Of a stretch of DNA of 64,000 nt, positions 37,501 to 48,770 are shown piece after piece. The notes under the pieces are model-generated. The model was not told where the DNA came from and did no database searches. It saw only the letters and a program-made list of their open reading frames with translations. Position 1 is the first letter of the stretch; each line of letters starts with the position of its first letter. Both the position numbers and the translations under genes were made by a program. This DNA is from Zygnema circumcarinatum SAG 698-1b (taxonomy: Eukaryota > Plantae > Zygnematophyceae), in the NCBI GenBank assembly GCA_037447605.1, contig CM074813.1:1240001-1304000 (forward strand). The letters run 5' to 3'.

Positions 37501-40500
37501 AAAGGTCATTCGCGCCACAAAACGAAGCGGCAGTCACCTGACCATTGGTCTCGCATACATCTCAAATCCAATTTCCCGAAGCCCGCCTTTTCCGTTCTGC
37601 CCCTCTGTTTCTATCTCCCCACACCACCCTCTGGAGATCTCCCTTCAATCATCCCAGACTCTCCTTCCTCATCTCCTTACTTTCCCCGCTCTCTAATACA
37701 TCCACATGCACACTCAGGCAATGAAACTTGTGCAGAAAGCATTTATTCACAGTACAACCGATACAACTGGTCCAATCTGATCAGCAAAATCCAGCAAACA
37801 CTATTTCTGGTAGAAGGAAATACTTTGGCTGCAGAGGATCTTGGATAAAGCCGTTGCAGGTCTTGATAGAGAGGCACAAGCATCTCCACTTTGCTGCTGC
37901 TGTAACTGCCTCCACTCCCTGGCTGTAATCCCAAACACGCTTGTAGACCCTTGTAATAACTGCGCCAGCAACATGGCCCAGCCCATTCAGCAACATTTTA
38001 GAATCCAATTCACAACGGAGATGTAATTGGCTCGTATGTCTGTTGGTGATTGTGAACCAGAAATGGATGCTCACTTGTAATTGTCCGGATTAATTTCAAG
38101 TAGCGAACGGTAAATTCTCTCTGCCTCTGCAGGACGATGCAACTGCAGTAGAAGTGTGGCACGCTGTTCCTTCAAGCTCAATTTGTCTACCTGTGAAGCC
38201 ACCAAAAACGGTACGGCCGCAAGGGGGTCAAGAGCCAAACGGAAAACAGCCGTAGAATAGTCAGACAAATATGCAAATGGAAAAGAATTAACTCCCCGAG
38301 CTATTGTCTTTTCTGGTCTTGTCAGCTTCAAGATAGGCAACCATCACAATGTACAAAACCAGTGAGAAGAACTAACGGTCATTCACAAATGGAATGGTTT
38401 GAGTCAGCACAGCAACCCGCTGGATTCAATGTTCAATACGCAAAGAGCATATGACAAATACAAAGCTGCACAAAATGGAAGGCCTTTCCAAACAATAAGT
38501 CGGGATCATACAAATGAGATAGCTTCACTATTGCACCGTGCCTACTCATGCTTCCAAAGCTAGCCATGATCTGCAGTGGTCAGCTAGTCAAGCTGTGAGT
38601 TGCAAAATCACATTGATCCATAATAAGCATCCTGCAAAAGCATGGTTTCATCAATGTCTGCCCATCGGCAACAAACGTCTCCATGAGGTCGACTACAACG
38701 AAGAACAAAGGGAAAATGGCATGCATCAAGAGGGGATGAATGGGTTTGAATAAGACTTACAATTTTGCTTTCTTGCTTGTCCAGTTCGTTTAAAGCCTCC
38801 TGAAGCCTGCCGCTTTCCTCCAACACCATTGCCTGCATCCCTCAAAGCCGCATACGTGGTTACTGATCCAGACAAAGGCTCACGATAATGCTCTTGGTGA
38901 CATTTCCAAATCCCTTCCTCCAAAAGCTTATGGAAGCAGTTGCGATGGCCTCTACAACCCAAAACCAAAGAGTTTCCAACAGAAACACATACAGACCCCA
39001 CAACAGAAAATCTAGCTTCAAATGCTCCAGAAGTGCAATTGGCAGGACATCAACAGAAAACTACCCGCAAAACATGGAACATTAAAACCACTTCACTGGC
39101 TCAGTGGCATGTGATATAGTTCTACACATAGCCAATCAGAAAACGCTGGATGAGTGCAAATCTAACTGGGATCTGGGCATGGCCAGCCTTTCGACACAAT
39201 AAGTGACTGAAGTGGCCTACAAAAACCCTGCTTTGTATACGATTCCAAACCCATCTATCATCCGCAGAGTGCATGGCCTCTAAATACTTCAGCAGAAGCG
39301 ATTGAATCACTGCTTAAGTGTAGTGGTAGGGATACACCGTTAGGCCCCAATCGAGGCATTAGACAGAAATCCATTGTGTCTGGCTCAAAAGGCACGTCCT
39401 TGCAGCAGAGAAGCACATTGCTCCAATTACTACATATGCAGCTCCCCTAAAGGTCCAGATAATAGACTTGCTGCCTCGCTAAACTTAGATACAATGAACT
39501 TCGTGCATCCCGGAAAGCACAAATACTTAAATACACAACAACACGTAGTATCTATGTAAGAGATAGCTTGAAAACTATTCTACCCATAGAGGCTCCAAGC
39601 GATGGACGCTGTCAAAGGACTAGGGCGTGAATTGGCGAAAGGATCCACTCTTTGTTCGTAACTTGACTGCATCCTTAAATCTGATCCAACATAAAGCTAA
39701 CTCAACTTCATCGAACCCAAACGTCCTTTATAATCTCAGCTACGTCGCCAGTGCTCCTTATTTATGACACATGTTGACCCATGAAAATGCATTTTTTCTT
39801 CGAGGCACACTCCTCCCAGTATGTGAGAAATACCATTCAAATAACAATGTTTGAATTCAGCAACGTCAAAAGCTGAGAATAGTTCAAAGCTTCTTTATCT
39901 TATTAATATTAATGAAGACGACAAAGGACCATAGAGAAATGAGTGCCGCCATTGTAATTGGTTCAAAAGCCTTGTGAAAGTGGAACCATGCAGCTTCATT
40001 GTGAAAGCTCCTAGTAAATGTCGACGCTACAATCGTTCACAAAAGGTACTGCGACATGTGTTTGGCAGCGGGTCCAACATTGTGATCCTTTACATCGACT
40101 GGGTCTCACTTGCTTTCCAATGTCTACAGATAGCAAAAGCTTCGTAATAGGCCTAATGTGGGAAATAATGCTTATTTGATAAAAAAAAAATGAGAATCTA
40201 GACGATTCTGCATAGAATTGAAGGGAGAGGCAAAACGTCACACCTTGTAGAGCAGCATTTCGCTGTGCTCATATCGCTCATTGTCGGGGGGGTAGTCATC
40301 CTCCAGCGTGCCTTCATAAGCGTGAAGAATTTGCACAGCCAAGCTGGCACTGTTCATCCCCAGCAAGTTGCAAGACTGTCCCGTCAGGCCATTCTCGGGC
40401 TACCTTGTCCTACAGAACTTAAATTACTTCAAACCCCAAAGCCAGTTCTTTCAGAGCTGAGAATAGACTTTCACTGTGCTCGAGTTAAATTAAGTAGAAA

Positions 40501-42508
40501 TAAGTGTCCCACAACTAGCAGGCAAGACCACAAGAAACTCACTTTCCACTGCAATGCTGTGCCAGGGCAAAAGCAATCCAGTTGTTGCGATGGCTGGGCT
40601 TCAGCGTCAAGAGCTGTCGACGTGTCTCCACAAAGCCAGCACGATCCCGCATCTGAGCCTGCATTTTTCCTCCCATAGCCGCAGTCACCGCCATGCTCGC
40701 AGGCAGATATGATAAACAACATGGTAAAGACATGCAGGGGAAAGGAGGATGTAGATGTGTAAATCAGCGGGCCCTCAAAGCCAAACGTGATCTCCGGCAC
40801 AAGCATAAAAACAAAACGAAGGGAGTAACGATGATTTGTACAGTCTGACAGACAAACTGTTTACATTCATGCAAACTCTTGACACCCGTTGACAAATGTG
40901 AGATAATTCCCCCTGTTTACCTGTTTATTATTTTCCCTTGTTAATCTTGAAAAGTCGAGATTACAGGTTTATGACAAACATAAATGATTTAGGAAAAACG
41001 TGCACCCACGCTTAACAACTAAACATCTACTTGCCTGGAGTAATGACAGGTCGCGCAAAATTTGAATGTTTTCAGGATCAATTCGCAACGCATTGCGATA
41101 ACACTTAATCGCTTCCCGATACTCGCGGTCAGACCGGTATAGGAGGCCGTACACATGCCAGCTCACATGGCTCTTCAAGTCAAACTGCGTCAAGGAAAAC
41201 ATTGTCCCTCAGTGACCCTCAATAGAACATGGAAATAAGTCATCCCTTCTCCTCTCTTGCACTCAGCAGCACTTCCAGCCAACGGCGATGAATAGATCCT
41301 GCAAACCTGCTCACTCTAGAAAGGCTAACTTCTTGTAGTGGTCTAAGAAAGGAACCATCTCAAAGGGCTTTTGTAACCGTTTGGAGAACTGAAAGCAATG
41401 CTCATTAGATGCAAGTGTATTCCACAACAATCCCACAAGGAGAGCGTAGCTACAAAATACATGTGACGTTGAATGCTGCTGCAACGCTTGCTAGGGACGG
41501 GGTGCAACAAGGTACAATGGAACAGAAAGGAAACAATACAATCATATTGACGTTCGTTAGAGTTTGCCTTATTCTGTCATTGACCTGGCTGTATATGTTT
41601 TTACTTTTCACTTGTCACCCTACGTCCCTAGCGAAATCCAGGAATTAGAAGAAACGTGAGAGTGCCCAATTCATGAATTCCCCCATACCCAGGGACCGAA
41701 TCAATGACAGCTCAAAACTATGACACCTTAAGAACCCTAATCAAAGCCGGAGGCAGGGTTTTTAAGACGCCTCAAAACCCCTAGCTTCCTGCGTTTCGTG
41801 GGAGCTTTACGGCGACAAATTACAAAAATAGTAAGGTTCTATTGTTGTTAAAAGGAAAATAAAAGTCATGCGGGGGGAGTGCTACGCCAAAAGGGCAGAA
41901 TTAGGGTTTGGAGTAAGCGTCCAAACCTTGAGGCCCTTGCGCACGAGGTCATACGCCTCCTGCTTGCGTTCCAGGCAGTTCAGGATGAGGCCTTTCATAG
42001 AGAGAGTCTCTGCCGCCCACTCGTCCTCAGCCAGGTCAATATTCTGATGCAGCCGCCAGGCAATGCATGCATGTACCATGCAGTCACTCAGAGAAGTAGG
42101 TTAAGGAAGGAAGCGCACCGCCATGGTCAGGAAGGCGCTTCAGAATCTGATCTGCAGCTTTCAGCCCCTTCTTGTATTGCTTTGTTTCATACGCCTTCTG
42201 CTCCCCGCACAAAAACCACCTCCCAGGCCTCCAAGAGGCTTCAGGACTGACACTTTGGAGCAGAGCATGTTCGCTTGCCCACTCACTCATCACCCGGAGA
42301 AGCGCAGGTTACGCCAGCTGGCTATGCAGAACGACGAAGTCGGGGTAGCAAAGAGAGCTTGCGGCCGAAGAAAGGAATGAAAAGGGCAAGAAAGAGAGAG
42401 AGTGTGGGGAAGGAGTGAGTAAGAGTTGAGAAGGGATATAGAAGCAGTGCGTACCACTATGAGCTTGAAGAGGTTGGCCTCCTTGGGCGGCAGCACCTGC
42501 ACCCCCAT
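31548..42508 (-). CDS. NAA15: N-terminal acetyltransferase A auxiliary subunit (NAA15/NARG1, TPR), about 27 exons
   Basis: [141 protein letters not shown]; stop at 31548. Confidence 0.97.
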
Positions 42509-42820
42509 GGCGGCTGGCTGCGTCCCTCCCGACCACCCTCCCTTGTCCCCCCACTTTCTCCCCTTCCTCCCTCCCTCCCCCTTCCCCTTCCCCTTCCCCT
42601 TCCCCTCACCCTCCCGGAGCTCCGCAGCAACGACAGGCGCCGCGTGGCAGCGCGCCCAAGCAGGTCGCCGCCCGCCCCCCAGGGTTCAGCAGCAGCCCCT
42701 CCACGCCGTACAGCGCTCCATGCTCAAAGTTCCGTGTTCCGTATTTCGCGGCACGGAACTGCGTGCATGGAGCGTGAGGACGAGGGCGACTTTCTCCACA
42801 GCGGGAACTTGAATCGAACT

Positions 42821-42882
42821 TCGTCCAATGTTTGCTCACCACGTGTACAACATTGTACACGTGACGAGTCGCCATTGGATGA
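42821..42882. promoter_or_regulatory. Symmetric dyad in the NAA15/NRP bidirectional promoter: CCAAT-N9-CCACG and inverted CCAAT-N10-CACG around a G-box palindrome
   Basis: CCAAT 42825-29 + CCACG 42839-43; core CACGTGTACAA-CA-TTGTACACGTG 42840-42863; ATTGG 42874-78. Confidence 0.55.
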
Positions 42883-42960
42883 GGATGCAGTATGAAGGGC
42901 GCCGGAGTGAAGGTGGAGAAGGCGCTGCTGCGGTGGCCTCTGCTCTCTGTGCGGGCGGCC

Positions 42961-45900
42961 ATGAAGGAGAAGCGCCTCCGCAGCGAGGAGGCCGAGGCGG
43001 AGGGGGATGGGGAGGCGGAGGCCGCCATGGACCAGAAGTTCGTGGACGCCATAGGGCGCCTGCAGGAGGTGCAAGATCGCCTGGAGCAGGTTAGTTTACT
43101 CCGTTGCCTCCTCCAAGCTGCTGCAGAAATTTATGCGGCATTTATTCACTTTTGCGAAAAAACCGGAGACTTTTTGCAAATGGCTCTGGCAGGGATAGAA
43201 GGGGATAGATAACTACTGAGACAGCGAGACTGAAAGATATGGCTCGTTGGCAGCACAGAGTCGCAAGGTTTTATGCTTCGCAGCTAGGTCAAAAAAGGTT
43301 AGGAGTGCGTAGCAAGGGAAAAGATAACTGCCTGAAGGCCCTCTTTGGCCTAATTAAACTGAGAAAGTCGTCGTATGTCCAATCAGGTGCTTCAAAGCAA
43401 AATTGTTTCAGACATCAGGTTTCGAGGAGGGAGTGTAGTCCACCAACGTAATACTTGGCAACTGTCCCAGAGGCTATTCATATTCATAGAAATCTGCGTT
43501 GAGCACTCGTCAACCCCTGTCTAACCCCCCGTATAAAATGTAACCTGCTTGTCAAGCGTATCCAGAGCTTCTCGCACTTGACTTAAAAATTCCACACTTG
43601 AATGAAAAGCATCCGCTCGTTCGTCTCTGGAATGCCTTCGGGGTACGTTCGACTTCATGAATTGCATGAAGGGAATTTGTAGTCCTTTACTATGGCTGTA
43701 GTAAATTCCATGAATTACATGAAACGTATGTCGTCGGGACTTAAACCCGCTCTTGAAACAAATCTGTTGCGGCAAAAGGGCATGAAGATTATCGCATAGG
43801 GCCATCTTTTAATTGTGTCCCTAAGTACTAATGGACGTCGAAGATACCTTTCAATTACATTGAGATCATGTCCCAATTGAGACTTATTGCATTGAAAGAA
43901 CTTGCATAAGTCCTGCTTAAAACGTTCGCCATTCAGGCTAAGTTGCATTTTTGCGTACTGGTGCTGAACCTATAATAGCAGGTTGGGCTCGTCCTCTTTC
44001 TAGGGTCGTTGCTTATGTTTTTAGGTGAGTTGGTAAGGGAGCTGATCTATTTTCTGAACGGGACAGAGTCAGCTTTCTCCAGCCTGTTGTGAGGTGTCTC
44101 TCACCGGAAGCTTCAGGAGCGCGTGCTACTTTGCTGAGTTATGAGACCATTTTGTATATTTTTTGTGTGCGAATCGGGATCGGGATCGGGATCGGGATCT
44201 TGAATTGAGTACTTCGCAGAGTATGTGCAGTTTGACGCATCAGCGGAAGCAATAGCTGTTGAGCCGCAGCCAAACTTGCGATTTGGATGACCTAGTGAAT
44301 ATGGTGAGGCTGTGAGGGGGGTTCAGGTGAATGAAAAAGCAAGTGATGAGGTGCTGGAGGTTGAGCAGAAGTATAACGAGGTTCGCCGGCCAATATACGC
44401 CAGCCGCAGTGCAATCATTGAAGACGTTCCTGACTTCTGGCTCACTGTAGTAAGTGATCATTTCTTGTTTAACCTTCTTGAAATTTGCCACATCGCCCCA
44501 GGCTGTCACTTGGGCAGACAATTACTGATAAGGAATTCAGTTGGCAGCTGAGTAATTCGACCTCTGATCTCTGAGGTCTTCTTCGTTTTTATGATCTTAA
44601 TTGTTGCATGTGAGATTGATGTATAAGCCAGCACACTTTGAATTCTACCGTTTTCTCTAGGGTTTATGGAGTTCTGTTTTGAGCTGTTAAGGATGCATTG
44701 CAAGTATGCTGCCTGTTGCACATAGGGCTTTTATTCAAAGATCTGCAGTAAAGTAATGTCATTATGGTATCCTCGAGCGTTTTTCTTTGCGTCTGCAAAT
44801 ACTTTTAAGCCGAATTGCTTGCCAAAAGTCGCGCAGGCTCATCATTTTCGTAGTAAACACTCCGAAACCTGGTTTATCGGCAAGACTGTAGATTCTTTGA
44901 GTGACTAAAGCCAACTGTGGACGTAAGGCAAGTAGGCATCCGGACTGGCATTGCGTGTTGAGAATGTTCTGGGCCAAAGCAGCATCCTTTAAAGGAGCTG
45001 CTTGCATGCTTCAGTGTTTGAGTTAGGGTATATTCTAACTGGATCTGCGCTCACCAGGAGTGCTCTGCCCCTGCCGGCTGCAGTTTCTGAGTCATCCCAT
45101 CCTTCACAGCCTACTTACTGAGGAGGATCAGAAGGTAAGCTGAGCGTTTTGATGTATGGCGTCAACCTTCAATACCTTACGCTATTTTTCGAATCAGGCT
45201 GACAAGGTACCATCGAACGCAAATGAGGAAATCTGGCTGCCCCCTTGAGTATTGATTCGCTGTATGCATTTTCCAGGTGTTCAAACACCTGCAGTCACTT
45301 GATGTGGAGGATTTTAAAGACGTGAAGTCCGGCTATACCATTACATTTGTGAGTCTCAGGGGACCTGAACCATTTCTGAGGACTTCCTGAGGGCCAACTT
45401 AGCTCCGCCTAGACACGTGCCCGTCTATTATACCTTTGCCTTGTTATGAATGTTTTTCATGAGCCTGTAACCAGAACAGGTTGTTTAGTCATCTGCTTGG
45501 AAGTCCTACTCATCCTTTTGGAACAGAATGCTTCAAGTAATTTCTGTTTTGGAGAAAAATGGCTCCTTCATTTGTTGATCAGGGGCCTTTGCGGATGTAC
45601 TGGGCCTGGCAAGCTTCTAATTAGGCAGGTTGTTGATGCAGACTTTCCGGCCCAATCCTTACTTTGAAGAGACAAAGTTACAGAAAGTGTTTCACTATAC
45701 ACAGGAGGGAACTCTCTCGGTCACCTCCACGACCCCACATTGGAAGCCAGGAATGGCAAGTACTTTGATTTGGCTATTTCAGAACTAAGTGGTGTTTTTC
45801 CTTGCCTTGGTCTTCTCCCTTGTGGTCAACAGCTGGGAGCCATGATGTGATTGATCACTCCAGATAATTCTAGTCAATTTTTTTTAGTAGTTTATTTTTT

Positions 45901-47167
45901 TGCGAACCTCTTGGTGGTCAAAGAGAAAAATAACTCGGATGGAAGACCGTTGCAGCTGTTATGGCTGCTTAATGTAGTCCAACTGTGGGTTTTTGGGACC
46001 GTGATGTTATTCATGATTTCAGTCTCAATTTTTGTTCTGCAATTGGGGTTGGCCAGAGTCCAGTCAAAGGAGAACTGCTGAATGGTCGAAAGCGGAAGGG
46101 CAGTGACGCAGAGTACGTTGACTGCGCCCTTTACTCTCCTGCCCTGCACTTGCACTTAGTTACCTGACTATGCCTCACGTATACGGATGCTATCATGGCC
46201 AGCGCTAATATTAAGGGTATTGTAATGGCAGAGAAAGCTTTTTCAAATGGTTTGAAGCTGACGAGACAACCAGCAACGCCTTTGAGTTGCAAGATGAGGT
46301 ATGCACTAGGGCATTGTGGGATGCCTGAGACTGCCGTAAGCCGCGCAGCAGCTCAGCAATGGTCTTTGGCTAGTCGTGTGGGAAGCATATGAATCCTGTT
46401 GATGTGTCCAGTTGAAGTCGAACATCTCATTTCATGTTTTTTTCCCTTCAATGTGTATGGAAAGATAACTTCCATACACTCGCTCTTCATTCCGCCCTGA
46501 CCATCGTTAGTGACTTCACCTAGGGCTGAAATGTGACATGCAGGTGGCAGACATGCTTAAGGACGATCTGTGGCCTAATCCCCTGAAATACTTCAGCCAA
46601 GTGAGTACTTTTTTGGTAACCTCATGGTTTAAGATGTTCGGAGTGTAGTTCATGCTAGGTAACTGAATTGTTCGTTGGAGCAAGGTGCTTGTCGTAAAAC
46701 GTGTCTATAGCTTGTTGAATCAAAGAATCGTTGAATGGTCATGTAGGAGCATTTGAGCCGACTTGAAGGAGGCGAATTGTGGCAGGCTGGGAATGTTGTT
46801 GCGAATAAGGCAAGGGCGTCATGAATGTTTCATCATGCATGGGTGGGCTGGACAGGAGGGTGATGAAGGGGACGAAGATGATGAGGAGGGTGACGAGGAT
46901 GAAAATGGAGAAATGGATGCGGAGGAGCAGGAGAGTGGTGATGACGATGACGAGGTAAGAATTGCTGACACGGTCGCGTCTGCACGTGCTAGTGGAGTCC
47001 GTCACTTTCTGCTTAGTGTTGGCGTTAGTATGATGCTCTATCCTCTGCTGCACGTGAGGCAGAGGTAGATGTGTCGCAGCATCTGACTGTGGTATTGATG
47101 CTCCGTGCAGGAAAGAGAGAGTGAAGAGGGTGATGATGGTGAGGGAGAAGAAAATGGCGATTCGTAG
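42961..47167 (+). CDS. NRP1: NAP1-related histone chaperone (NRP/SET-TAF-I family), 10 exons
   Basis: [89 protein letters not shown], acidic tail; stop TAG at 47165-47167. An upstream in-frame ATG at 42892 is an alternative start. Confidence 0.95.
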
Positions 47168-47475
47168 GAGTTCAACAAATCTCACTGCCCTGCAATGTTA
47201 AGGTTGTGCAAGAAGAGTGTCTACTGCAAATTTAGTTGATGCATTAGTAGACACGCCGCCTTCAAAACCACGAGTTGCCCAGGGATCTTTGTTGTTAAAA
47301 TCCCAATTACCCTTTCAAGACGGCTGTGGGTGCCCATCCGTCGAGGGCTTTCTGTAGCAGAACAGAACAGTGCTGCTCACCACGACGCATCAGCAAAGAG
47401 TAGGGCAGGGACATAGTTTCTTTGTAGTGGAACTCTTTTTTACGGCGAAGAGCCCGAAATGCCACATGTGGCGCA

Positions 47476-47710
47476 TCCAACGGTCGGAACCCCTTATCTC
47501 GCGCGCAATCTAACAAGTCGCCACCTTGCATTGGCACCCGGAGCTTGTCCAAAGGGTACAAGCCCTAAAGCTCTTTAGCGCCTATCACGGTCAGTGCATT
47601 CACACTTTCACAGTAGCTTCCGGTGCACATCCAACGGTCAAAATAGCAAAACGCCCGTCTAGCCAACGGTCGGCATCTCACGAATGCTTACATGGCCCAT
47701 CCAACGGCCA
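47476..47710 (+). promoter_or_regulatory. Cluster of four (T/G)CCAACGG(T/C)C motifs resembling MSA elements (or TE subterminal repeats)
   Basis: Motifs at 47476, 47630, 47662 and 47700, all on the same strand; two match YCYAACGGYYA fully. Confidence 0.35.
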
Positions 47711-47991
47711 TTTCCTGAAATCTCGCACGCGAGTACCGTACTGCTCAAATTTCGAATGGTTTGAACCGACGGAGGGGGATCAGTGCCAATTCATTTCCGC
47801 CAAAAATACGCGTCCAACGCTAGCGCGGGTCCTTATGTCGATGTGGTATTGGTTGTGAAGATTGGGAGACGATGTGGAATTGGTCTCATGCATGGCGATG
47901 CCCTCAAATGTACATGGACAAAGTCATCACTTTCTTGGTTGTGAAGTCGCAAGCAAACACTGCCACGCCAACAATGTGACGTGAGATCAAT

Positions 47992-48035
47992 CAGTGGCGG
48001 ATCCGGCATTTTTGCTGAGGGGGGGCTAAGCCTAT
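47992..48035 (+). mobile_element. Solo hAT-like terminus (CAGTGGCGGATCC...)
   Basis: Resembles plant hAT/MITE terminal sequences; no inverted partner found in the window. Confidence 0.3.
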
Positions 48036-48222
48036 TTTGAGGGGGAGCTCAACCTTCTTCAGCATAAAATACATAAGAAAAAATAAACGTTGTAAAGCGA
48101 AGGAATTGCGTTGACCATAGTAGCTTTATATGGTTTACAGGGTTCATTCGCATGGTTTTACAAGTCCGATATGTCGTACTGATTTGGCAGTCGTATACGG
48201 GATCCCTCAACACTTTCCTACT

Positions 48223-48357
48223 TTGTTGCCCTTAGGCGTAGCTTTCCGCTCCTAGCTTTTTCTTTTCTCCTTAGGTCCTTTGTGATCAGTTCCTCGTGGT
48301 TCCCCATCGTAATTTTGTCCATGTACATTTGATGGCATCGCCATCGTAAGATCAATG
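48223..48357 (+). repeat. Dispersed ~135-bp repeat, copy A
   Basis: Aligns with 53104-53146 joined to 54099-54191 (copy B, split by the foldback element). Its 31-bp core also occurs inverted at 47892-47922. Confidence 0.75.
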
Positions 48358-48770
48358 CCGCATCCTTCACCCTTTCCTACTAAATACAAGCTGACTGAAG
48401 TTTAAAGAAACGTCTCCATCTGAGCTGGTTTCTTCAACATCATGAGGCATAAATAAAATGATGCATGCGGCAGAGCTCCAGGTTGAACATCGAAAAACTA
48501 GATGAGGGAAGGGGAAAATAACTTCTATTAAAGTTAGCACCTACATTAGAAGGGCCTGACATAATTTTTTTGGCACAATTTTCTACCACCCATTGCCTTT
48601 TTTCTGCCGAACTCACAGCTAAGAAAGAATCGCGCTATAAGTTGGTCCACCCAAACAAAAATTAAGAGGTTGCGCATGTAATTGTGCGGACCGATGCTAA
48701 TGTGAACTTACCAATTGAAATTAAGACAAAAATAACTCTGTCCTGCAATATGAGTTGGATTGAAGGTGAG

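Noticed and set aside
44173-44199. (ATCGGG)4 tandem repeat
   Set aside because: Ordinary intronic microsatellite with no spacers; not CRISPR-like.
45756-46056. GC donor in NRP (ATG|GCAAGT)
   Set aside because: An alternative GT donor 4 nt downstream with the next AG also preserves the frame, so it was not counted as a confident GC-AG intron.
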